A stretch of DNA of 64,000 nucleotides. Origin: Gulosibacter sp. Lineage in GTDB: Bacteria > Actinomycetota > Actinomycetes > Actinomycetales > Microbacteriaceae. Shown here piece after piece: positions 46,031 through 54,774 of this stretch. The notes under the pieces are model-generated. The model saw nothing but the letters and a program-made list of their open reading frames with translations. It did not search any database and was not told the origin of the DNA. The number at the start of each line of letters is the position of its first letter. Position 1 is the first letter of the stretch. The stretch is from contig NZ_JBQDBE010000015.1 in NCBI RefSeq assembly GCF_052090685.1, positions 3,760-67,759 of the forward strand, in the 5' to 3' direction. The translations under genes and the position numbers were made by a program.

Positions 46031-47793
46031 AGCTCCGTCGACCCTGGGCGCAGAATGCAGCGCTCACGGCCCAAACCGTCCGTGAACACATCGTTGATGA
46101 CCCGGTACAGCTTGCACTGCAGATCTCCCGGCGACTGCCCGTGCAAGCTCGCAGCGCGCTCGGCAATGGCCTCGCCAAGATCACCAATCGAGGTGGCGGA
46201 GTTCTCGAAACCATTGGCCATGCAATCGCTGGCGACCGTGAGCGAGCCAACCAAACACTCGACGATGCGGTGAACGTTGACGTCACTGATCGCAGGGCAA
46301 GGGCTTCGCGTCGTATCGCTCACCTTGCGGATGTGGCATTGTCGTTGGGGCAACCTGACCGGGCGCAAGAGATGCTCGCATCCGTTCCGAGGGCTGAGCG
46401 AAAGTCTGTGTGGTTCGCGGTCGCTTCCCGCATTGCCCTGTACCGGGGCGACCACGGCGGTGCCGTCGAGTTCGCGTCCCGACACCCCCGGAACGAATCG
46501 CTCGCGAAACGGATGTTCGGGGAACAGCAGGTGTTCGCGGGTTATGTCCCCGAACTCCCTGCCGAATCGAGCTACATTCCCCGCCCGGGCAGCGTTTTAC
46601 ACGTCCTCACGAACTCGGCACCGCATACCTCGAGTGGGTATGCGCAGCGCAGCCATTCAATCCTGAAATCCGTGCAGCAACTCGGTCACGAGGTTGCCGC
46701 AGTCACTCGACCCGGGTATCCGGTCCAGGTTGGGGTGCCGTGGGCGGCTGGTGAGGATGTGGTTGAGGACATTCGATACATCAGGTTATTGCCAGCGACG
46801 CTCGGGCAAGGGTTGAAGGAGCGCGTTGACCAACATGCGCGCCTCCTTGCGGAAGAGGTCCGAAAGTTTCGCCCGGCCGTGTTGCACACTACGACGCACT
46901 TCACGAATGCACTCGCGGTCGGCGCGGTGGCGCGCGCATTCGGTATCCCGTTCGTGTACGAAGTGCGCGGCCAACTTGCCGACACGTGGGCATCCACTCG
47001 CGGGCCGGAAGCGCTGGAGTCGCAACGCTACCGTGAGTTCCAAGCACGCGAGCTCGATGCCGCGAAAGCGGCCGATCACGTCGTCACGCTTGGCGCCATG
47101 ATGAAACAGCGGCTCATCGACGGCGGAGTCCCCGAAATCAATATCTCGGTGTGTCCGAACGCGGTCGGTGTGCCCTTCACCGATGACCCACCAGGGCAGG
47201 CGGATGCGCGCGCCCGCTTGGGTATTCAGCCGGATGCGCAGGTCGTCGGCACAGTCTCGAGCATCGTCGACTATGAGGGGCTTGACCTCCTCGTGCGAGC
47301 GGTCGCGAAACTGGCGCCGACGAACCCGAAACTGCGGTTGCACATTGCGGGTGACGGTGTCGCGTTGCCGGGACTCAAAGTACTTGCCGAGCGGCTCGGC
47401 ATCGCAAACATTTGCGAGTTCCCGGGCCGCGTGCAGCGTCCCGAAGCCATTTGGCACCACGCGGCCCTGGACCTGTTCGTCGTGCCGCGGCGCGATCTCA
47501 GCGTGACGCGGAGCGTGACACCAATGAAATCGGTTGAGGCTTCGGCAGTGGGTCGGCCCGTAGTCGCATCCAACCTGCCCGCGTTGCAAGAGCTCGTGGT
47601 CGATGATGAAACGGGGCTGCTCTTCGAAGCCGAAAACGTCGACGCGCTCGCTGACGCACTCTCATCACTACTTGCCGACCCTGAGCGGCGGGCAAAGATG
47701 GGCGCTGCCGCTCGAGAATGGGTCAAGGACGGTCGCACGTGGTCAGCGAATGCCCTCACATACGAACATGTGTACCGCGAATTGACGAGGTAG
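46027..47793 (+). CDS. GT4-family glycosyltransferase with helical N-extension, paralog B2
   Basis: MKLRRPWAQNAALTAQTVREHIVDDP...VLHVLTNSAPHTSSGYAQRSHSIL... is collinear with 41145-42971. It has an ATGA overlap with the upstream gene. Confidence 0.8.
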   Translation: MKLRRPWAQNAALTAQTVREHIVDDPVQLALQISRRLPVQARSALGNGLAKITNRGGGVLETIGHAIAGDRERANQTLDDAVNVDVTDRRARASRRIAHLADVALSLGQPDRAQEMLASVPRAERKSVWFAVASRIALYRGDHGGAVEFASRHPRNESLAKRMFGEQQVFAGYVPELPAESSYIPRPGSVLHVLTNSAPHTSSGYAQRSHSILKSVQQLGHEVAAVTRPGYPVQVGVPWAAGEDVVEDIRYIRLLPATLGQGLKERVDQHARLLAEEVRKFRPAVLHTTTHFTNALAVGAVARAFGIPFVYEVRGQLADTWASTRGPEALESQRYREFQARELDAAKAADHVVTLGAMMKQRLIDGGVPEINISVCPNAVGVPFTDDPPGQADARARLGIQPDAQVVGTVSSIVDYEGLDLLVRAVAKLAPTNPKLRLHIAGDGVALPGLKVLAERLGIANICEFPGRVQRPEAIWHHAALDLFVVPRRDLSVTRSVTPMKSVEASAVGRPVVASNLPALQELVVDDETGLLFEAENVDALADALSSLLADPERRAKMGAAAREWVKDGRTWSANALTYEHVYRELTR

Positions 47794-47803
47794 GACGGAT
47801 ACG

Positions 47804-48598
47804 ATGGCACGATTTCGCAAGGTCGTGAACAAAGCAACAGGGCTCGTGCCGACGAAGCTTCGCAATCGAGCAAAAGCCGTCGGTAAAGCCGCGCTGGATG
47901 CAATGCCCGACGGGCTCGAATCACAGGTCCGGACGGCGTTTGGACGTAAGGGTACTGTTCGCGTGCTCGGACCAGCTGACCCGCTCGATCTCGAGGTGCG
48001 CGAAGAACCGCAACAGAAGTCCACTAAGGCACGTAAGAAGAAAACAACGACACGGAAGACAGCTGTCGCGGGGCGCGCGGCCGGGGCGGGCAGCGCATCC
48101 CGACACGACGCGCCGGAGCGATTGCATCGTGCTCTATTCGGAGCCACCGCACCGGCCCGAACCGAAGCCGGAGGGCGCCCCGTTGCGGGAATTCTCGGCC
48201 GTGATCTCCGCAGTGTGCTCGAAGAGAGTTCACACCGCGTCGTTCCGCTGATACCTGGCACGGCACGGGCTGCCGCCGCGATCGCCGAAGTCGTGATAGT
48301 CGATTTGGCGGCCTTCAACGGCCCGTGGTCCGGCGCATTGGATGCCGCTGGAGTTGCGTTGTACGACGAGTTGGAAGATGCGATTACCACTGCAGTACAG
48401 AAAGGCATTACGACCTGGGTCGTTCTTCGCGGTGACGATCTGCATCGCCTCGGCGCACTCCAGCTCCGACGCTTGGAGTCGGTCGAGGTGGTTGACCCCA
48501 CCAATGAACGCGAACGCGAACACTTTACCGAAGATGCCGGTGCGGATGCGCCGGAGGGAATCATCGACATCTTGCGGAGTTTGGGGGGTGCACAATGA
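47804..48598 (+). CDS. Companion protein 1: basic N-terminal helix + low-complexity linker + DUF3880/CgeB-N-like domain
   Basis: MARFRKVVNKATGLVPTKLRNRAKAVGK...; the C-domain is ...RPVAGILGRDLRSVLEES...AEVVIVDLAAFNGPWSGAL...TTWVVLRGDD. It has an ATGA overlap with the 740-aa gene. Confidence 0.6.
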   Translation: MARFRKVVNKATGLVPTKLRNRAKAVGKAALDAMPDGLESQVRTAFGRKGTVRVLGPADPLDLEVREEPQQKSTKARKKKTTTRKTAVAGRAAGAGSASRHDAPERLHRALFGATAPARTEAGGRPVAGILGRDLRSVLEESSHRVVPLIPGTARAAAAIAEVVIVDLAAFNGPWSGALDAAGVALYDELEDAITTAVQKGITTWVVLRGDDLHRLGALQLRRLESVEVVDPTNEREREHFTEDAGADAPEGIIDILRSLGGAQ

Positions 48599-50817
48599 GC
48601 AAGACGAAGGTGCTGCTGTACGGCGATGTCGATCTCAACGTGATCGACGGGTCAGCGATTTGGTTACCCGCGATCGCCGAAGCGTGGTCGAAAGCGGGTT
48701 CCGAGGTGCACGTGCAACTCAAGGCCGTGGAAAAACGGGACCTGCTTACGGGCCCGCTCCGGGCACTGCCCAACGTCACGGTGCTCGAGGCGAATCCGCC
48801 GCGGTCACAATCTGCGCTGCAACCGACCGATTTATCGGACCGGCTTATTGAGTTGGATGCACAACATCACTTCGACGTCGTGATGGTCCGCGGGATTAAT
48901 GCGTGTCTTGCCCTCACGAATAAGGGCGTGCTGAGTGACAAACTGTGGTCATATGTCACCGAATTCGGCTACGCCAGTGAGACGTTCGACGCCGTGCAGC
49001 GCACGCAGATCGCAACCATTGCGCGCGGCAGCCGCGTGATGCTCGCGCAAACGGCTGCGGCACGATCCGTGCTCGAGGCACGCGTGCCCGAAGCGGCCGG
49101 CCGTACTGAAATCCTTGGGCCGATGATTCCGGACGAGCTGGAACCGAATGCCGACGGCACCCGCGGAAATAAGCCGCTCGAACTCGTATACGCGGGTAAA
49201 TTTGCCCGCGCTTGGCGCACCGATTTGATGCCAGACATTGTTGCGGAACTGGCTTCGCTGGGTGTTCCCGCGCACCTCACAATGATTGGCGACAAGGTTC
49301 ACAACGAGCCTCAGCATCCGGGATGGGCCGCAAACATGCGTGCGGTTATGGCCAAGGGTGATGCTGCCGTGAAATGGGCTGGGGCGAAGAGTCGCGAGGA
49401 AAGTTTACGACTGGTCTCGCAGTCGGATCTGGCACTGGGGTGGCGCACCGACGACCTCGACCTCAGCCTTGAAATCTCCACAAAGGTGCTCGAAAGCTCG
49501 GCAGTCGGGGTCGCATCCATCGTCAACCGCACCACGATGCACGAAGAACTGCTTGGCGGTGACTACCCGCTTTTTGTCGACGCTCGCCAGGACTCAGCTG
49601 CCGATATTGCGAGGAAAATTGCGGAAGCACTGCCGCAACTCGAGACGCTATCGGCGCGGGTACGCGCGGTATCGGACCCCTACCGACTGAGTCGACGGGC
49701 AGAAGATCTTCAGCGGTACCTCTCTCGTTGGGGTACGCAAGGGCGCCGAATAGAAAGTGGGGAGGCTCGAGCCGAAACAGCGCCAACATCTTCCTCTACT
49801 GCTGGGCTAACATCACTGGCGACCGCAAAGACGCTGAAAGTGGGACTCGCGGGGCATGACCTCAAATTCGCTGGCGAGCTCATTGAGATGCTCCGTCGTG
49901 ATTCCGCCATCGAGTTGCGCATCGACAAATGGGCAGGCTTGCACAAGCACGATGAATTGGCTTCGCAGCGGCTCGTCGATTGGGCCGATGTAGTGATCTG
50001 TGAGTGGGCCGGCGCTAATTCCGTGTGGTACTCCCAGCACAAACGGCCGGGACAGCGCCTGTTCGTCCGGCTCCATATGTTCGAGTTGCGAGGGCACTGG
50101 CTCCCGCAGATTGCGGTCGATCAGGTCGATCAGTTCATCGCTGTCTCAGAGCACTATCGGCAGTACATCATCGATGAACTCGGCGCGGAACCCGAGCGTG
50201 TCAGGGTTATCCCGAACGCCATCAGCATTGCCGATCTTGATCGCGAGCCAATCGAAGGACGCGAGTTCCGCCTGGGGATCGTCGGAATCGTGCCGCTGCG
50301 CAAGCGACTCGATCGTGCGGTGGCGCTCTTGCGGAGGCTGCGTGCTCACGACGATCGCTTTACCTTGCACGTGCGAGGCAAGATGCCATGGGAACACCCG
50401 CACGAGTGGCGAAAGGCTCGCCAGCGCGAGAGTTATATGGATTTGTTCTCGAAAATTGGCGGTTCTGACCTCAACGAGTCGATTGCCTTTGAGCCATTTG
50501 GTGCGGACATGGGCAACTGGTATCGGAAGATTGGCTGGGTTCTTTCACCGTCGACGGTTGAGAGTTTTCACCTCGCGCCAGCGGAGGGAATGGCCTCTGG
50601 AGCGGTTCCACTGCTCTGGGATCGACCCGGTGTGCGGGATATTTTTGGAGATGATTTCGTAGTCGCAAATAATGATGAGGCTGCAAAATTCGTTCTGGAT
50701 TCAGTCGATGACGTTTCGCGGCTGGCGCGGTATCGGTCTCTCGCTCGCAGAGTTGCCGAAAACTTCGATGAGAAAGAGGTCGAACGATTGTGGAGTGCGC
50801 TAATCCACGTCGAGTAG
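48595..50817 (+). CDS. Dual GT-B-domain glycosyltransferase (candidate bifunctional polymerase), paralog P1
   Basis: The N-half is VLLYGDVDLNVIDGSAIWL...LVYAGKFAR...LEISTKVLES. The C-half is ...VVICEWAGANSVWYSQH...GIVGIVPLRKR...STVESFHLAPAEGMASGAVPL (EX7E). Confidence 0.75.
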   Translation: MSKTKVLLYGDVDLNVIDGSAIWLPAIAEAWSKAGSEVHVQLKAVEKRDLLTGPLRALPNVTVLEANPPRSQSALQPTDLSDRLIELDAQHHFDVVMVRGINACLALTNKGVLSDKLWSYVTEFGYASETFDAVQRTQIATIARGSRVMLAQTAAARSVLEARVPEAAGRTEILGPMIPDELEPNADGTRGNKPLELVYAGKFARAWRTDLMPDIVAELASLGVPAHLTMIGDKVHNEPQHPGWAANMRAVMAKGDAAVKWAGAKSREESLRLVSQSDLALGWRTDDLDLSLEISTKVLESSAVGVASIVNRTTMHEELLGGDYPLFVDARQDSAADIARKIAEALPQLETLSARVRAVSDPYRLSRRAEDLQRYLSRWGTQGRRIESGEARAETAPTSSSTAGLTSLATAKTLKVGLAGHDLKFAGELIEMLRRDSAIELRIDKWAGLHKHDELASQRLVDWADVVICEWAGANSVWYSQHKRPGQRLFVRLHMFELRGHWLPQIAVDQVDQFIAVSEHYRQYIIDELGAEPERVRVIPNAISIADLDREPIEGREFRLGIVGIVPLRKRLDRAVALLRRLRAHDDRFTLHVRGKMPWEHPHEWRKARQRESYMDLFSKIGGSDLNESIAFEPFGADMGNWYRKIGWVLSPSTVESFHLAPAEGMASGAVPLLWDRPGVRDIFGDDFVVANNDEAAKFVLDSVDDVSRLARYRSLARRVAENFDEKEVERLWSALIHVE

Positions 50818-50873
50818 GCGACACGCCGTGAGTTCCTCATTTACGTCTCATTTACCTTGCGTTTACTCGAGGT

Positions 50874-51611
50874 ATGAAGAACGCTCGAGGTCGAGTTCGC
50901 TGGCAACATCAGATTCTTATCGTGCTCATCGCGGTGAGTGTGCTGCTCGTGCTCGCTTCGCTGATGATGTCCGTGCTCGGCGTTTCCTACACGTCACCGA
51001 TCCGGGAGTTTTTCGATGTGTCGGATGAACGGAACCTCCCTACCTGGTGGAACGCGGGACTCCTGTTAATCGCGGGATCAACCACCGCTGCCGTCGGGCT
51101 TGCTCGGGTCGTTGCAAAATTTGACGGCAAGCTTGGATGGCTTCCATGGGGTGGACTTTCAGCCATGCTTGGAGCAATGTCGCTGGATGAGTTCGCGGGA
51201 TTTCACCAGCTTCTCGGACTGGTGTGGGAGAAATTCGTCGGGGAGAACCCGCTCAGTTCATTCGGGTGGTTCATTATCGGCGTACCGCTCGCGATCCTGC
51301 TCGTGTTGTTCATCTGGCTTTGTGCACGGCAACTTCCGAAGGAGTCTTCACGAGCGTTCATGATAGGCATCGCGGTGCTCTTGTTCGGCGCAATCGCAAT
51401 CGAAGCGTTCCCGATGCTGATGGACTTTGGTCGAAACTCAACCGCGTACTACCTCACGTATCACGTTGAAGAACTCGTAGAGAAGATCGGCGCCTCAGTG
51501 CTCGTCGTGGCCCCGCTTTACGCGATCGGACTCAGCCGCAACGGTGATGGATACACGGTAAGATTCGAGCGCCGCCGCAGCGATATCAAACCTTCGAATG
51601 CAATTGCATGA
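50874..51611 (+). CDS. Polytopic membrane protein (about 6 TM), unknown function
   Basis: Hydrophobic segments run throughout (ILIVLIAVSVLLVLASLMM, WWNAGLLLIAGSTTAAV, FIIGVPLAILLVLFIWL, IGIAVLLFGAIAIEAF...). It sits between the two duplicated modules. Confidence 0.55.
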   Translation: MKNARGRVRWQHQILIVLIAVSVLLVLASLMMSVLGVSYTSPIREFFDVSDERNLPTWWNAGLLLIAGSTTAAVGLARVVAKFDGKLGWLPWGGLSAMLGAMSLDEFAGFHQLLGLVWEKFVGENPLSSFGWFIIGVPLAILLVLFIWLCARQLPKESSRAFMIGIAVLLFGAIAIEAFPMLMDFGRNSTAYYLTYHVEELVEKIGASVLVVAPLYAIGLSRNGDGYTVRFERRRSDIKPSNAIA

Positions 51612-51686
51612 GGCCTCCCAATTCGCAGTGAGCGGAAGTTGGCTCGCGAGGTTCCAAGAGGCTATGGCGTAATCTGATCGCTACCA

Positions 51687-52472
51687 ATGGCGACCGGGGC
51701 TAAATTGAGCGAGGACATGTCGAAACCAAAGAAATTCGTTCGAACGATTGGCAAGGCCCTCCCTACTCGCATTCGGAAGGGCGTCAAGCGCGTCGCGAAA
51801 AAAGTACTGCCGCAACGTGCGCAATCAACCGTCGCCCCGGTCTCCGATTCAACGTCTAATGCACAGGCACAGCCTCCACTTGATCCGCTGAGCCTTGCAG
51901 CACAGCCAACCGGTGCTTCGGACAAGGGCAGACAACAGCCAATCGCAGGTCGTGCGGCAGCTGGCACTACGCTGGACCCCGAGGCTTCGGCTCGACTGGG
52001 GCGAGCCATGTTCGGTCACGCGGCACCCGCTCGCACCGCGCAAGGCGGCAGGCCTGTTGCCGGTATTTTCGCAAGCGACTTGCGCGACGCACTCTGCACT
52101 GCGGGCCACGAAGTCAGTGAGTTCGTGCCAGGGATTACCGGTGCGCTTGCCGACAGCGCTGAAGTCCTCGTGATCGACCTCGCCGGGTTCACCGGTGTCT
52201 GGGATGGCGCCCTTGAACCGACCGGCGTGAGCTTGATTCGTGAAGTGACCGACGCCGTTGAAGCCGCACGCTATCGCGGGGTTACCTGCTGGCTCGTCGT
52301 TCGAGGCGATCAGCCGCACTATCACGGTGCAATTCTGTTGCAAGAGTCGACACTTTTGCAGCCGCTTTTGCCGGGCCAGCAATCAACCGAACAAACTCAT
52401 TTCACGGAGAACCCGGGTAACGCACCCGTGGGAATCGTTGACATCATCCGATCATTGGAGGTCGCAGCATGA
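51687..52472 (+). CDS. Companion protein 2 (paralog of 47804-48598)
   Basis: ...MSKPKKFVRTIGKALPTRIRKGVKRVAKKVL...RPVAGIFASDLRDALCTAG...AEVLVIDLAGFTGVWDGAL...TCWLVVRGDQ. It has an ATGA overlap with the 738-aa gene. The true start may be ATG 51717. Confidence 0.6.
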   Translation: MATGAKLSEDMSKPKKFVRTIGKALPTRIRKGVKRVAKKVLPQRAQSTVAPVSDSTSNAQAQPPLDPLSLAAQPTGASDKGRQQPIAGRAAAGTTLDPEASARLGRAMFGHAAPARTAQGGRPVAGIFASDLRDALCTAGHEVSEFVPGITGALADSAEVLVIDLAGFTGVWDGALEPTGVSLIREVTDAVEAARYRGVTCWLVVRGDQPHYHGAILLQESTLLQPLLPGQQSTEQTHFTENPGNAPVGIVDIIRSLEVAA

Positions 52473-54685
52473 CGCGGGTCGTCCGAGTTTTTCTCTACGG
52501 TGATGTCAATCTCAACATCATCGACGGCTCCGCAATCTGGCTGCAATCGATGGCACAGGTTTGGGCGGGCACGGGCGCACAAGTCGACGTGCAGCTCAAG
52601 GCTCCCGAGACGCGCGCGCTCTTGTCGGGACCTCTACGCAAGATTCCCGGTGTCACGGTGCTCGATGCCACTCCAGAATCGGCCGATGCACTGACACACG
52701 CTGAAGTCGTAGCCATTGCCGAAGCTCGTGATGCACAAGCGCCGTATGACGTCGTTATGGCTCGCGGCCTGCAAGTGTGTCGGGCGCTTTCCGAGCAGCC
52801 ATCACTCGCAAGCAAGCTTTGGGCATATGTCACCGAGTACGCCTATGGTTCGGAAAGTTTCGACGAAGATCGCCAGCGTATTTTTAGTGAGCTCGCTGGC
52901 CGCGCGCGCTTCGTGCTGGCACAGACCGATGAGGCACGTTCGGTACTCGAATCGTTGATTCCGGAGGCGGCGGGGAAGGCGCTGCTATTGGGGCCGATGA
53001 TCCCGGATACGTTGACGCCAAAAGTTGCTGCGCAAGAGGCCCTCGGTACCGCTGAGAATCCACTTCGCCTTATCTACACCGGCAAGTTCGCCAAGGACTG
53101 GCGAACGGATTTGATGCCCGAGCTCGTTCCCGAGCTTGAGAAACTCGGCGTCATTGCCGAACTCACGATGGTCGGCGACAAGGTGCACAACGAGCGAAGC
53201 GACCCGAATTGGGCCTTGCGGATGAACGCTTTGATCAACCGCAAGCAGCCACGAGTTCACTGGGCGGGCGGGAAAGATCGAGCAACGAGCCTCGAGATGG
53301 TGTCGAATTCTCACATTGCGCTGAGCTGGCGAAGCACTCAGCTCGACCTCAGCCTCGAGATGTCGACCAAGGTACTCGAAGCGAGTGGACTTGGCGTCCC
53401 ATCGATCATTAATCGCACGCCAATGCACCAGAACCTCCTGGGCGAGGACTACCCGCTCTTGGTCGATGCACGTGCCGATTCTGTGGCAGACATCGCATCC
53501 CGGATTCGAGATGCGCTGCCTGAACTGCACGGGCTATCAGAGCGAGTCCATGTCGCGACCGAGCAGTACCGGATGGCGAGCCGCGTCAGTGACCTCATGC
53601 GCTACCTGCGCCGAATCGGCATTGTCGCGAACGACCAAGGTTTCTCGGATGCAGTTGAGCTGCCCGAGCGCCTCCGCCGGTCTAATCGGCCGCTGCGAGT
53701 GCTCTTGGCGAGCCACGACCTTAAATTTGCTGGCGAGCTCGTGACAATTCTGCAGCGACTGCGCGGCGTTGAGCTGCGCTTTGACCACTGGGAAGCACTG
53801 CACCGTCACGACGCTGCCGCATCACAAGAATGTCTTGACTGGGCCGACATTGTCATTTGCGAGTGGGCCGGGTCGAATGCCGTGTGGTACTCGCAACATA
53901 AGCGTCCGGACCAGCGACTCGTCGTGCGCCTGCACATGTTCGAGTTCCGTGGGCATTGGCTGAGCAAGATCGACACCGACAACGTCGACCTGTTCATCGC
54001 CGTGTCGGAGTACACGCGTGAGCTAATCGAGGAGCAGCTCGAAGTGCCTGCTATGAAGGTTGCGGTCATCCCGAATGCCGTGAGCTTCGCCGACTTCAGA
54101 CGGCCAGCGGTGGCGGGTCGCGAACATCGAATCGGGCTTGTCGGTTTCGTGCCGCTACTCAAACGACCCGACCGGGCGATCGAGCTGCTCCGGCGCCTGC
54201 GTGAGCAAGACGACCGTTTTACCCTGCACATCCGCGGCCGCATGCCCTGGGAATATCGCCACCTCTGGCAAAAGCCCGAGCAGCGCGAAGCGTATCTGGA
54301 CCTCTTTGCGAGGCTCGGCGCGGACAACCTGCATACGGCGATCGCATTCGAGCCGTTCGGCGCCGATATGGCGAACTGGTACCGCAAGATAGGCTGGATG
54401 CTGTCGCCGTCAACCACCGAGAGTTTTCACCTCGCCCCGGCTGAAGGTACCGCATCCGGGGCACTGCCCGTCTTCTGGGAACGACCGGGCGTCCGGCAGA
54501 TCTTTGGCGACGAGTTTGTCGTCCCGGACACGAAAGCAGCGGCTGAGTTCATTCTCGCGACGAACCGCGACGCAGACATTCGGGCTCGTCGCATCGAGAT
54601 TGCTCGCAGCGTCGTCGCACCATTTGACGAGCAGATCGTTGAAGAAGCTTGGGTGGACGCGGTCTGCGGTCCCGAGCAACGATAG
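52469..54685 (+). CDS. Dual GT-B-domain glycosyltransferase, paralog P2
   Basis: Collinear with 48595-50817: VFLYGDVNLNIIDGSAIWL...LIYTGKFAK...LEMSTKVLEAS...IVICEWAGSNAVWYSQH...STTESFHLAPAEGTASGALPV. Confidence 0.75.
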   Translation: MTRVVRVFLYGDVNLNIIDGSAIWLQSMAQVWAGTGAQVDVQLKAPETRALLSGPLRKIPGVTVLDATPESADALTHAEVVAIAEARDAQAPYDVVMARGLQVCRALSEQPSLASKLWAYVTEYAYGSESFDEDRQRIFSELAGRARFVLAQTDEARSVLESLIPEAAGKALLLGPMIPDTLTPKVAAQEALGTAENPLRLIYTGKFAKDWRTDLMPELVPELEKLGVIAELTMVGDKVHNERSDPNWALRMNALINRKQPRVHWAGGKDRATSLEMVSNSHIALSWRSTQLDLSLEMSTKVLEASGLGVPSIINRTPMHQNLLGEDYPLLVDARADSVADIASRIRDALPELHGLSERVHVATEQYRMASRVSDLMRYLRRIGIVANDQGFSDAVELPERLRRSNRPLRVLLASHDLKFAGELVTILQRLRGVELRFDHWEALHRHDAAASQECLDWADIVICEWAGSNAVWYSQHKRPDQRLVVRLHMFEFRGHWLSKIDTDNVDLFIAVSEYTRELIEEQLEVPAMKVAVIPNAVSFADFRRPAVAGREHRIGLVGFVPLLKRPDRAIELLRRLREQDDRFTLHIRGRMPWEYRHLWQKPEQREAYLDLFARLGADNLHTAIAFEPFGADMANWYRKIGWMLSPSTTESFHLAPAEGTASGALPVFWERPGVRQIFGDEFVVPDTKAAAEFILATNRDADIRARRIEIARSVVAPFDEQIVEEAWVDAVCGPEQR

Positions 54686-54774
54686 GGGTGCGTGTTAGCC
54701 TAAGCGCTTGACGGGGCTTGAGATTCGCAAGTACCCGCGAAGCTTTGTCTGAACTGAAACAAGGGGTCCTCCGC

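Noticed and set aside
46786-47589. 267-aa minus-strand ORF and similar antisense ORFs across 38-54 kb
   Set aside because: They overlap glycosyltransferase genes whose paralog conservation supports the plus strand.
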